Positions 54,435-62,697 of a stretch of 64,000 bases of DNA are shown in pieces. The translations under genes and the position numbers were made by a program. Numbering within the stretch: the first letter of the stretch is position 1; each line of letters begins with the position of its first letter. Under the pieces are notes generated by a model. The model was not told where the DNA came from. It saw nothing but the letters and a program-made list of their open reading frames with translations, and searched no databases. The stretch comes from Escherichia phage vB_EcoM_EP32a. The stretch lies in the sequence record OR544954; one strand, given 5' to 3'.

Positions 54435-54797
54435 GTGACTAACTTTGCTGCTAATTGGCTGTATGATGGTGGAACAGTTATTGTTCTTTCTAATACTTCA
54501 GCTTATGCTAAAATTTCTGCTGGCAACATTAAAAAAGAATTTTCTCGTTATTCTAGCGATGATATTCGATTCCGTTTATTTACTGATTCTGTTCGTAGTT
54601 TTATTGGCAATGAAGGTTCTAAATTCCGTGGATTAACGCTTTCTCGTATTCTGTATATAATTGACGAGCCTATTAAAGCTCCTGATATGGATAAGATTTA
54701 CAATGTACATATTAAAACAGTCCAACACTGTTGCAAAAGCAAATATTGCATCGGCGGTAATGCTCGTCCTCAATTTTTTGTGATTGGAATGCAATGA
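54435..54797 (+). CDS. hypothetical protein, GTG start
   Basis: 120 aa ORF; only GTG available as start, 7 nt after the upstream stop. Confidence 0.4.
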   Translation: MTNFAANWLYDGGTVIVLSNTSAYAKISAGNIKKEFSRYSSDDIRFRLFTDSVRSFIGNEGSKFRGLTLSRILYIIDEPIKAPDMDKIYNVHIKTVQHCCKSKYCIGGNARPQFFVIGMQ

Positions 54798-55102
54798 TGA
54801 CCACTATTGAAGTTTTTGAGTATTGTTATAACAGTCCAGTATGCAATAAAAGGGCCCTTGTAGAAAATTACGAGATTTACCATTTTAAACCTAAACGATA
54901 TCGTTTGACTAAAGGTCCGTTCGCAGGGCAGCAGGTTCTTTGTACTGCTCCTAATGCACGACTGATGACTAGTATTCCACATTTCAAAATGGAATTTATT
55001 GATGGGCCATTTAAGGGATTAATCACTCAAAGTTTAATGGCGTTTAATTCCGACCCATTTTTGATTAAAGAAAAATCTTGGATAAATTTATTTTCTAATT
55101 GA
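54794..55102 (+). CDS. hypothetical protein
   Basis: 102 aa; ATGATGA overlap with the upstream stop. Confidence 0.5.
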   Translation: MMTTIEVFEYCYNSPVCNKRALVENYEIYHFKPKRYRLTKGPFAGQQVLCTAPNARLMTSIPHFKMEFIDGPFKGLITQSLMAFNSDPFLIKEKSWINLFSN

Positions 55103-55108
55103 GGTTAT

Positions 55109-55471
55109 ATGAAAGCATATCAAATTCTTGAAGGTGCACATAAAGGCACTATTTATTTTGAAGACGGTACTCAAGCCAGGATTATTGTCTCTAAGACTTT
55201 TAAAGAAGACGCTATTGTAGACCCGGAAATTTTCTACGGTTTGAATGCCCGTGAAATTGAAATTGAACATCAACCTAAAGTTAAAATTGAAGGTGGACAA
55301 CATCTGAACGTTAACGTTCTGCGTCGTGAAACTCTAGAAGATGCAGTTAAGCATCCAGAAAAATATCCGCAGCTGACCATCCGTGTATCTGGTTATGCAG
55401 TTCGCTTTAACTCTCTGACTCCGGAACAGCAGCGTGACGTTATCGCTCGCACCTTTACTGAGAGTCTATAA
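55109..55471 (+). CDS. autonomous glycyl radical cofactor (GrcA/YfiD-like; T4 Y06I-type)
   Basis: C-terminal glycyl-radical domain [62 protein letters not shown], essentially the E. coli GrcA / PflB C-terminus. Confidence 0.85.
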   Translation: MKAYQILEGAHKGTIYFEDGTQARIIVSKTFKEDAIVDPEIFYGLNAREIEIEHQPKVKIEGGQHLNVNVLRRETLEDAVKHPEKYPQLTIRVSGYAVRFNSLTPEQQRDVIARTFTESL

Positions 55472-55695
55472 TGGCTAAATTGATTATAGAAGGGTCTGAA
55501 GATGTTTTAAAATGTTTTGCCGCCTGGTTTAGTTGCTCAGGCGAGCAATCATTCACTGAAGCATTTAGAATGGGTGATATTACTGGAAACTATCCGACAA
55601 CTGATATCACTGTACGTGGATATGGTATTAATGAGCCTATCCAATTGGTCGAATATGACCTTGCCACCGATGAGGAAATTCCTTATGTCGATTGA
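55471..55695 (+). CDS. hypothetical protein
   Basis: 74 aa; ATG overlaps the grcA-like stop. Confidence 0.5.
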   Translation: MAKLIIEGSEDVLKCFAAWFSCSGEQSFTEAFRMGDITGNYPTTDITVRGYGINEPIQLVEYDLATDEEIPYVD

Positions 55696-55817
55696 AGACA
55701 TCAAAGGCTACAAGCCGCATACCGATGATAAAATCAGTAAAGTGAACGCTATTAAAGATGCAGAAGTTCGTGTCGTGCAGTATTTCGACCTGAGGAAAAA
55801 TACTAATGGCTAGAGTA

Positions 55818-55874
55818 GTTTACTTCTCCTCTAGTTGTGTTACTATAGACCTGTCAACTAGAGGAGAAATCAAA
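55818..55874 (+). promoter_or_regulatory. early promoter with 14-bp RBS-sequestering hairpin upstream of regB
   Basis: GTTTAC, spacer, TACTAT; perfect 14-bp inverted repeat ttctcctctagttg / caactagaggagaa; the 3' arm contains the SD gaggag. Confidence 0.65.
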
Positions 55875-56333
55875 ATGACTATCAATTCAGACGTTTTTAT
55901 CCGTCGTAATAAACTCCGTCGAATCTTTGAAACGGAGTTCCGCAAAATAAATGCCGGTATAAAAGATGCTGCAAAGTCTCTTGGACTACCAGGCTTTCAT
56001 ATCAAGTATTCTCAACATCTCTTAGATCGTGCCATCCAGAGAGAAATAGATGAGAATTACGTTTTTGAATTATTTCATAAAGTAAAAAATCACGTTAAAG
56101 AAGTTGCAGAATTTTTATCAATGCCGGCACGTCCAGATGTTGATGAAGATTTTGTCGAAGGTGTCGAGTATCGTCCAGGCCGTTTAGAAATAACTGACGG
56201 AAATCTTTGGTTAGGACTTACAGTTTGTCGCGAAAATCCGACATTCAAAATGAAGACTCTTCAATGTAGAATGGCTATTATTAACAGTAAACGACTACCA
56301 GGAAAAGCTTCTAAAGCAGTGATTAAAATCTAG
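55875..56333 (+). CDS. regB: RegB site-specific endoribonuclease
   Basis: ORF track starts at 55806; Met at 55875 gives MTINSDVFIRRNKLRR...FHIKYSQHLLDRAIQREIDE..., closely matching T4 RegB (about 153 aa). Confidence 0.9.
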   Translation: MTINSDVFIRRNKLRRIFETEFRKINAGIKDAAKSLGLPGFHIKYSQHLLDRAIQREIDENYVFELFHKVKNHVKEVAEFLSMPARPDVDEDFVEGVEYRPGRLEITDGNLWLGLTVCRENPTFKMKTLQCRMAIINSKRLPGKASKAVIKI

Positions 56334-56341
56334 AGGTAAAC

Positions 56342-56884
56342 ATGAGAAAAGCACTACTCGCTGGTCTATTTGCTCTTTCATTATCAGCACATAGCTCCGA
56401 GCATACTTTTAGTAATGTCCAACTCGATAACTTGAATTATGCTTATCAGTTTGGGGAACAGTTTTCTAAGGACGGAAAATTTAAAACGCATGAAAATATG
56501 CATAAGAAAGGACTTGGATACATAATGGCCGCAATACTATGGCAAGAATCATCTGCCGGTATTAATCTTAAAGATAAGAAAGGTCACCATGCGTATGGAA
56601 TGTTCCAAAATTATCTACCAACAATGAGGGCAAGAATTAACCAGCTTGGTTATAATATGACTGATGCCCAAATTAAGAAAATGCTATCTAAGCGGTCTAA
56701 TTCAGCCAGATGGGCTTATATCGAATTTTCTTATTGGTTAAATATACATAACGGGGATATAAGAAAAGCTATATCCTCATATAATGCGGGATGGAAGACA
56801 AGTGCTGGAAGTAAATATGCTTCTGAAGTCCTAGAAAAGGCTAATTACCTTAAATCAAATAAACTACTGGAAATAAAAGAATGA
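56342..56884 (+). CDS. secreted lytic transglycosylase-like protein (SLT domain)
   Basis: Signal-peptide-like N-terminus MRKALLAGLFALSLSAHS; SLT family motifs WQESSAG, AYGMFQ, SSYNAGW. Confidence 0.55.
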   Translation: MRKALLAGLFALSLSAHSSEHTFSNVQLDNLNYAYQFGEQFSKDGKFKTHENMHKKGLGYIMAAILWQESSAGINLKDKKGHHAYGMFQNYLPTMRARINQLGYNMTDAQIKKMLSKRSNSARWAYIEFSYWLNIHNGDIRKAISSYNAGWKTSAGSKYASEVLEKANYLKSNKLLEIKE

Positions 56885-57228
56885 CCAAAATGTTGGCTTT
56901 AATAGTTAGCTTGGTTTCATTTAACGCTCTTGCTAATACTACATATACTGATGTAACGGAGTATACAAACAGAACGGCGTCTGATTATTGTGGTAAAAGT
57001 CAAGAGTGTAAAGTAGATTTTTCACAAAAATTGTTATACGCGTATAAAGACGGAGAAAAAGATGGGGCGTCTAGTAGGTTCAAGGCGTCTACCTTAATTA
57101 AAAGATACTATAAAAAATGGCAAATATTAGAATGCTCGGTGGCGGAACCTAAAGATAAGGCAGCATGCAATTCTATGGTGGACCGTCTAGTTGACTCTTA
57201 TAATAGAGGACTTGCAGCAAGTGATTAA
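56881..57228 (+). CDS. hypothetical secreted/periplasmic Cys-containing protein
   Basis: 115 aa; signal-peptide-like MTKMLALIVSLVSFNALA; 4 Cys; ATGA overlap with upstream stop. Confidence 0.5.
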   Translation: MTKMLALIVSLVSFNALANTTYTDVTEYTNRTASDYCGKSQECKVDFSQKLLYAYKDGEKDGASSRFKASTLIKRYYKKWQILECSVAEPKDKAACNSMVDRLVDSYNRGLAASD

Positions 57229-57688
57229 AAACTACATCAAGGGCGATATTGTCGCCCTGTTTTCTAAAGGTAATAATATTGCTCATGGGTGTAATTGTTT
57301 TCATACAATGGGCGCCGGTGTAGCAGGCCAATTAGCAAAGGCTTATCCAAAAATTTTAGAAGCCGATAAACTTCAAACCGAATTCGGAGACGAGTCTAAA
57401 CTCGGGTCTTATTCGGTTTATGAAAAATATTTTAAGACCCATAAAGCTTATTGCTTTAATCTTTATACGCAGTTTGAGCCTGGACCTAATTTTGAGTACT
57501 CTGCTTTAATGAATTGTATAATAGAATTAAATGAATTCGGAAAGAATAAGATAACAAAGCCTGTAATTTATATGCCAAGAATTGGTGCAGGTATCGGTGG
57601 TGGAAACTGGGATGTCATCGAAGAGATTTTAGATACGTATTCCACTAAACTAGAAATTGTGATTGTTGATTGGGAACCATTATTATGA
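57191..57688 (+). CDS. macro-domain protein (TARG1/OARD1-like ADP-ribose hydrolase fold)
   Basis: Motifs GDIVALFSKGNNIAHGCNCFHTMGAGVAG and YMPRIGAGIGGGNW match the two glycine-rich signature segments of TARG1-type macro domains. Start is non-ATG (TTG at 57191 or GTG at 57221), overlapping the upstream gene. Confidence 0.6.
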   Translation: MTLIIEDLQQVIKNYIKGDIVALFSKGNNIAHGCNCFHTMGAGVAGQLAKAYPKILEADKLQTEFGDESKLGSYSVYEKYFKTHKAYCFNLYTQFEPGPNFEYSALMNCIIELNEFGKNKITKPVIYMPRIGAGIGGGNWDVIEEILDTYSTKLEIVIVDWEPLL

Positions 57689-57897
57689 ATATACATTATC
57701 CACATCCATATGACCCAAAGAATAAGGCAGTAATTATTCGTCAATGGGAACGCATTTGCCGTACCAAATGTCCAATTAATAGTCTACATGATGTAGATAA
57801 AGACTACATTGGAACATTCGTTGAATATACCTTTATTGATAAGAAAGGTCGTAAACAGCATGTAGAAGAATACTGCTTAAAGGTGACATGGTTATGA
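57685..57897 (+). CDS. hypothetical protein
   Basis: ORF track starts at 57670; Met at 57685 overlaps the upstream stop (ATGA). Confidence 0.5.
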   Translation: MNIHYPHPYDPKNKAVIIRQWERICRTKCPINSLHDVDKDYIGTFVEYTFIDKKGRKQHVEEYCLKVTWL

Positions 57898-58100
57898 GTC
57901 AAACAAAAATTCTTACAGGTGCTAAATGCGAAAAATGCGAATGGCCTGTAGTTTTTGCTTTATGCAATGACGAAATGGCTTGTGATTTTGATTATTGGTG
58001 TTACTGTTCGAACAAAGGTTGTAGCAATCATAAAGGTGAAGGGTTTTACTCAGGATTTTACCCTTACCCGGATTTCGTTAAAGAAGGTGAACCTAAATGA
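57894..58100 (+). CDS. Cys-rich small protein (putative zinc-binding)
   Basis: CEKCEW...CNDEMACDFDYWCYCSNKGC: 9 Cys in 68 aa; ATGA overlap. Confidence 0.5.
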   Translation: MSQTKILTGAKCEKCEWPVVFALCNDEMACDFDYWCYCSNKGCSNHKGEGFYSGFYPYPDFVKEGEPK

Positions 58101-58279
58101 AATTGACTAAAGAAGAGAAAACTAAACTGTTCGAACTTATCCATGACCTATTGGACGAGCAAGCAGCCACCAATGCGTACGATGAATATGCTCCTTTAAC
58201 AGATGAAGAATATCAAGCATTGATGGAATCATTTGACAGGAAAGAACAAGAACTCATTGACTACGTGAATTCACTATAA
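58097..58279 (+). CDS. hypothetical acidic small protein
   Basis: 60 aa; ATGA overlap with upstream stop. Confidence 0.5.
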   Translation: MKLTKEEKTKLFELIHDLLDEQAATNAYDEYAPLTDEEYQALMESFDRKEQELIDYVNSL

Positions 58280-58288
58280 GGGACTCTT

Positions 58289-58870
58289 ATGGCTAGTTTA
58301 ATTTTTACATATGCCGCTATGAATGCTGGTAAGTCTGCTTCATTACTTACTGCCGCACATAACTATAAAGAACGTGGCATGGGTGTATTAGTTCTTAAAC
58401 CGGCTATTGATACTCGCGATTCAAAAGGTGAAATAGTCTCTCGTATTGGTATTCGTCAGGATGCCAATATAATTACAAAAGACATGGATATCTTTGAATT
58501 CTATAAATGGGCTGCAGCACAAAAGGATATTCACTGTGTATTTGTTGACGAAGCTCAGTTCTTAACTACTGAAAAGGTGTATCAACTTAGTCGTATTGTT
58601 GACGTATACAATGTGCCGGTAATGGCATATGGACTACGAACAGATTTTAAAGGTAATCTATTTGAAGGTTCTCAAGCATTAATGGCTATTGCCGATAAGC
58701 TTGTTGAACTTAAAGGTGTCTGTCATTGTGGTAAAAAGGCCACAATGGTAGCTAGAGTCACGGAAGACGGACTTCCAATTACAGATGGCAGCCAAATTGA
58801 AATTGGTGATACCGATAGATATGTGTCATTATGCCGGAAGCATTGGAATGATTTGACAGGGTTGTTATAA
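58289..58870 (+). CDS. tk: thymidine kinase
   Basis: 193 aa; P-loop MNAGKS, Cys cluster CHCGKKA...C; T4 Tk length. Confidence 0.9.
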   Translation: MASLIFTYAAMNAGKSASLLTAAHNYKERGMGVLVLKPAIDTRDSKGEIVSRIGIRQDANIITKDMDIFEFYKWAAAQKDIHCVFVDEAQFLTTEKVYQLSRIVDVYNVPVMAYGLRTDFKGNLFEGSQALMAIADKLVELKGVCHCGKKATMVARVTEDGLPITDGSQIEIGDTDRYVSLCRKHWNDLTGLL

Positions 58871-58897
58871 ATACTAATATCTAACCAAGAGGTATAT

Positions 58898-59110
58898 ATG
58901 CAGCAATTAAACGAAAGACAACTTCGTAATCTTACTGTAACCCAATTGGATGAAATCCGAAGAGAATTAGGACATTCTATTTCTCATTTAAACGAGGATA
59001 TCCGTCAAACTGGTTCTAAAGCTGATTATACACGCAAGCGCAAGCTGGAAAAATACCTCGCAGATGTTAAGGCCGTCCAAAGGCGAAAAATAAATACTGG
59101 CCAAAATTAA
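58898..59110 (+). CDS. hypothetical basic protein
   Basis: 70 aa; RBS agaggta. Confidence 0.5.
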   Translation: MQQLNERQLRNLTVTQLDEIRRELGHSISHLNEDIRQTGSKADYTRKRKLEKYLADVKAVQRRKINTGQN

Positions 59111-59122
59111 CAGGAGGCCTAT

Positions 59123-59425
59123 ATGGCCTTAAGAGCGATAGCTGTCATGGCGATGCTGGGGTTTTTTGCAGCAACAACTCCTATCGTTGGTACTGCATAT
59201 ATCGACCCATATTTTGATAACTTTATGGAATCAGGGATTAAAAACGTATATACTTTGTTTGAAATTCAAAATGTTGAGAATTCTGAAAAATTCTATAAGT
59301 ATATGGCAAAGCATTACAAAAATAGTCCCTGTGATGATGCATTTGAATGTCATGAACAAGGCATAAAAACCGCCAGACAATTTGCTGAGTTCATGAAAAT
59401 AAAATTAGAGCCTACATCTATCTAA
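59123..59425 (+). CDS. rI: lysis inhibition regulator rI (membrane-anchored)
   Basis: 100 aa; N-terminal anchor MALRAIAVMAMLGFF...; FMESGIKNVYTLFE and KNSPCDDAFEC motifs resemble T4 RI. Confidence 0.8.
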   Translation: MALRAIAVMAMLGFFAATTPIVGTAYIDPYFDNFMESGIKNVYTLFEIQNVENSEKFYKYMAKHYKNSPCDDAFECHEQGIKTARQFAEFMKIKLEPTSI

Positions 59426-59470
59426 TTTACTAGCCCCTTCCTTATGGTTGGGGCTTTTTGGCATTTAGCA

Positions 59471-59526
59471 GTTTACTTTTCCTCAGGTTGTGTTATAGTA
59501 GTCCTTACTTACTAGAGGAGAACATT
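59471..59526 (+). promoter_or_regulatory. early promoter cassette (GTTTAC, 17 nt, TATAGT)
   Basis: -35/-10 then leader ctagaggagaacattATG. Confidence 0.6.
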
Positions 59527-59706
59527 ATGACACGTAAAGAAAAAATTTCTAAGTTAATGTTTTTGATTGAAGAGTACGCTAATGCGGTATCTGATTGGGA
59601 AAATGCTCATGGTTGCGAAGATGGAGACATCGACATTAACAGAGCTATGAAAAAGATGGCTGACGCCCACACCGAATTGCAAATGTATGTTAACGAGATT
59701 ATGTGA
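59527..59706 (+). CDS. hypothetical small protein
   Basis: ORF track starts at 59458 (across the promoter); Met at 59527 after RBS gaggag; 59 aa. Confidence 0.5.
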   Translation: MTRKEKISKLMFLIEEYANAVSDWENAHGCEDGDIDINRAMKKMADAHTELQMYVNEIM

Positions 59707-59713
59707 GGATATT

Positions 59714-59920
59714 ATGCTTTACGATTATACTGGAAAATCTGAAGACGGTGTACTTGAGCTTTTATCTGAAAGCGCTGAAGATGACGATACGGTGGTGATG
59801 TTTTGTAAAAATGGTCCTGGGGATAAGGGATGGATTTATCTTCGCCAAGAAAATGACCTAATTGTTTTGGACCCTAAACAAGTTGAAGAACTTTATCAAC
59901 ATTTAAAACACAATCGGTAG
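59714..59920 (+). CDS. hypothetical acidic protein
   Basis: ORF track starts at 59687; Met at 59714 after RBS gagga. Confidence 0.5.
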   Translation: MLYDYTGKSEDGVLELLSESAEDDDTVVMFCKNGPGDKGWIYLRQENDLIVLDPKQVEELYQHLKHNR

Positions 59921-59977
59921 TTTACGTCTTGGTAGGACTATGATATAGTAATCCTACCAAAACAAATGGAGAACAAA
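59920..59977 (+). promoter_or_regulatory. PeSL-like early promoter cassette
   Basis: GTTTAC, spacer, TATAGT; inverted repeat ggtaggacta / taatcctacc; leader aaaacaaatggagaacaaaATG. Confidence 0.65.
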
Positions 59978-60088
59978 ATGAAACTTTTGCTTATCGCTTA
60001 TGTTGTAGTACAATATAATTATCCGATGTTTACTTATAACATGGTAAACGGCATAGTGAATCTTATTGAAACGAGTATGGTAAAATGA
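59978..60088 (+). CDS. small hydrophobic peptide (36 aa), absent from the ORF track
   Basis: ATG at 59978 directly after the cassette leader; MKLLLIAYVVVQYNYPMFTYNMVNGIVNLIETSMVK. Confidence 0.4.
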   Translation: MKLLLIAYVVVQYNYPMFTYNMVNGIVNLIETSMVK

Positions 60089-60264
60089 CCCGTGAACAAG
60101 CTAATAAATTGATGGACCTTATCCATGACTTACGTGAAGCCGATTCAGATTTGAATGATGTAGCTTATCATGCGGTAAATGATAACGGAGACTTTTATGA
60201 AAATCAGGTTGATGCTTGCCAGAATGCTTTGGTGAATTTTGTTGAAACTTTAATTGGTGAATAA
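60085..60264 (+). CDS. hypothetical acidic protein (59 aa), absent from the ORF track
   Basis: ATGA overlap with the upstream peptide stop; MTREQANKLMDLIHDLREADSDL... Confidence 0.4.
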   Translation: MTREQANKLMDLIHDLREADSDLNDVAYHAVNDNGDFYENQVDACQNALVNFVETLIGE

Positions 60265-60265
60265 T

Positions 60266-60796
60266 ATGAAAACTGTAATTGAAACAACCGAGTTGTTTGG
60301 CGATTTATGTATCGAAAAACGTGGTTATGCTTACGTTCTGACACAAGAAGATGATGCTGTTACTATTCTTCCTATGGAACTGGACAAGATTTTGAAACTC
60401 AATCCGCCCGGCCATGCATCTGTAATTAACATTGATGAAGACCTTCAAGTTCGTTTTTATCACGGTCTTTATAGTGGGGTTAATATCGAAACAGAAGATG
60501 AATGCCTTTCTATCAATAATTGGAAAACATTCGTCACTAAGGTGAAAGAATTCATAGAATCTGAAACTGCCAAAAAGGCCAAACTTCAATGGGCTAAATG
60601 CCGTAATGCTTTTATTACAAATCAGGACCGCCCTGACTATACAACAGTCCTAGGCGTTAATCCTTCTTATGAAGACGGTGATGTCGTAGTTATTCGCCAA
60701 ATTGATGACCTTCGTCAACATATCGTTACATTAGACAAAGATGAAGCAGTTGCTCTTAAAGCTTATCTTGATTCTATTATCCCGACTTTGAAATAA
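60266..60796 (+). CDS. hypothetical protein
   Basis: ORF track starts at 60254; Met at 60266 overlaps the upstream stop (TAATATG); about 176 aa. Confidence 0.55.
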   Translation: MKTVIETTELFGDLCIEKRGYAYVLTQEDDAVTILPMELDKILKLNPPGHASVINIDEDLQVRFYHGLYSGVNIETEDECLSINNWKTFVTKVKEFIESETAKKAKLQWAKCRNAFITNQDRPDYTTVLGVNPSYEDGDVVVIRQIDDLRQHIVTLDKDEAVALKAYLDSIIPTLK

Positions 60797-60806
60797 GGAA
60801 ATTATT

Positions 60807-61280
60807 ATGATTATCAATGAAAACTCTTGGCACTTTAAAATTTATGCCGCGTTCAATAGTACGTGGAATCGTCCGAAAACATTATGTGCTTATTTTTGGA
60901 AAACGCTAATCCCGGTATTGGCTGCTTCAATTATTGGATTTGCGATTTTAGCAGCAGTCACAATCATTGGCCAGGAAATTTTAACTAAATTCTTTGTTTT
61001 TAGCAGTCTATGGACATTAGTTCCAGCCTCAATTGGTGTAGGCATTTTGATTGTAGCAGTCATGGCTTTTATTGCTACCGGGGCGGTAATTGGTCCGTCT
61101 TGGTTGTTAGACAAATATAACGACAGAAAATATTATAAAGAAATTGAGTTCATTGCACAAAACCAAGAACGAATTAAAAATGGACTTGAGCCTATTGAAC
61201 GTAAGAAATCATTAATAGGTGAATACCTTAAAGCTCGTAAAGAAAAAGTCTGTCCTACTCTTGAATATAAGGCTAAATGA
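60807..61280 (+). CDS. membrane protein (about three TM helices)
   Basis: 157 aa; hydrophobic segments LIPVLAASIIGFAILAAVTIIG and VGILIVAVMAFIATGAVIG. Confidence 0.55.
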   Translation: MIINENSWHFKIYAAFNSTWNRPKTLCAYFWKTLIPVLAASIIGFAILAAVTIIGQEILTKFFVFSSLWTLVPASIGVGILIVAVMAFIATGAVIGPSWLLDKYNDRKYYKEIEFIAQNQERIKNGLEPIERKKSLIGEYLKARKEKVCPTLEYKAK

Positions 61281-62266
61281 TGAAAACAATTATGAAAGGC
61301 TACTTTGGTAGCCACCTTTATGGAACGTCTACTCCTGAATCTGACGTCGATTTTAAAGAAATTTATGTCCCTCATGCTCGTGATATCTTGACCGGTAACG
61401 TTAAAGAACACATGAGCAAGAACACGAATAACACATCTTCTAAGAACACAAAAGACGACGTGGACCACGAGTTGTATAGTCTCAAATATTTCTTTAAACT
61501 AGCTGCGGATGGTGAAACCGTCGCATTAGATATGCTTCACACTCCACAAAGTCTAGTAGTTAAATCTGATTTGCCTGATGTATGGAAGTATATTCAAGAT
61601 AACAGGTCTCGTTTCTATACCACTAACATGAAATCTTATTTAGGGTATGTCCGTAAGCAAGCTTCTAAATATGGTGTCAAGGGTTCTCGACTGGCTGTTC
61701 TTCGTCAAGCCCTTAAACGTTCTAATGAATGGGGACGATACTTTGATAATGGTGCCGTAATTCGTTTATCACATATGAAGAACGTTCTGCCTGTAGGTGA
61801 ATTTGCTTTGTGGGTTGAAACCGAAAACGAGAAAACAGGTAAGCAAACATTCTATAATCTGTTAGACCGTAAATTCCAAGACACATTAACCAATAAAGAG
61901 TTCAATGCCATCCTGGTTAAACTAGAAGAGAACTATGGTGAACGTGCTCGTAAGGCAGAAGCTAACGAAGGTATTGACTGGAAAGCATTGAGTCATGCAT
62001 GTCGTGGTGGACTTCAATTATTGGAAATTTACAAAACCGGCGACCTGGTTTACCCACTTCAGGATGCTCCGTTTATTCTCGATGTTAAGCTTGGTAAACA
62101 TACGTTTAAAACCGTACAAGAATTCCTAGAAGATATCGTTGACCAAGTTGAACATGCGTCAGAACAAGCTGCCAAGAACGGTATGCAACAAAAAGTAGAT
62201 ATGAGTTTCTGGGATGATTTCCTTGAGCAAGTCTATCTCGAAAATCATAATTCTTACTATAAATAA
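61277..62266 (+). CDS. predicted nucleotidyltransferase (Pol-beta superfamily motif)
   Basis: 329 aa; N-terminal GSHLYGTSTPESDVDF fits hG[GS]-x(9-13)-Dh[DE]; ATGA overlap with upstream membrane protein. Confidence 0.55.
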   Translation: MMKTIMKGYFGSHLYGTSTPESDVDFKEIYVPHARDILTGNVKEHMSKNTNNTSSKNTKDDVDHELYSLKYFFKLAADGETVALDMLHTPQSLVVKSDLPDVWKYIQDNRSRFYTTNMKSYLGYVRKQASKYGVKGSRLAVLRQALKRSNEWGRYFDNGAVIRLSHMKNVLPVGEFALWVETENEKTGKQTFYNLLDRKFQDTLTNKEFNAILVKLEENYGERARKAEANEGIDWKALSHACRGGLQLLEIYKTGDLVYPLQDAPFILDVKLGKHTFKTVQEFLEDIVDQVEHASEQAAKNGMQQKVDMSFWDDFLEQVYLENHNSYYK

Positions 62267-62297
62267 GTAGATAAATAACCCTTAACTTGAGGTAAAT

Positions 62298-62579
62298 ATG
62301 AAAAAATTAGCAATTGGTTTATTCGCAGTAATGATGGCATTCTCTGTTGGTGCTACCACGGGTGCAGCCAGCGGTAGTGCAGGAGCTGGTGGTAACCAGT
62401 CTTCTGGGCCTTCCAACGGTTCGGTAAATGCATCACATTCTCAGGGTATTGAGAATATCAAATCGAGCTATATTAATAGCACGGCCGGACAAGCAACTGA
62501 AGCATGGTCAAAGGGTCGAGTAGTTACTCGCTCCGTATTCTGTGATATGCCTAATTATGTTGCTAAGTGCGATAAGTAA
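62298..62579 (+). CDS. small secreted Gly/Ser-rich protein
   Basis: 93 aa; signal-peptide-like MKKLAIGLFAVMMAFSVGA; low-complexity Gly/Ser segment; two C-terminal Cys. Confidence 0.5.
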   Translation: MKKLAIGLFAVMMAFSVGATTGAASGSAGAGGNQSSGPSNGSVNASHSQGIENIKSSYINSTAGQATEAWSKGRVVTRSVFCDMPNYVAKCDK

Positions 62580-62584
62580 ATGTG

Positions 62585-62604
62585 GGGACCTTCGGGTCCC
62601 TTTA
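62585..62604 (+). terminator. intrinsic terminator (UUCG tetraloop)
   Basis: gggacc-TTCG-ggtccc followed by ttta. Confidence 0.6.
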
Positions 62605-62630
62605 GGGGGTTAAAATATTTTTAAAAAGTA

Positions 62631-62697
62631 GTGTACATGCTTTTAGGATATGTTATTATAGACCTATCGAAACGAAATGAGTAAATTGGAGAATAAA
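62631..62697 (+). promoter_or_regulatory. early promoter cassette with MotA-box-like TGCTTTT
   Basis: GTGTACA, 17 nt, TATTAT; leader ctatcgaaacgaaatgagtaaattggagaataaaATG. Confidence 0.55.
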
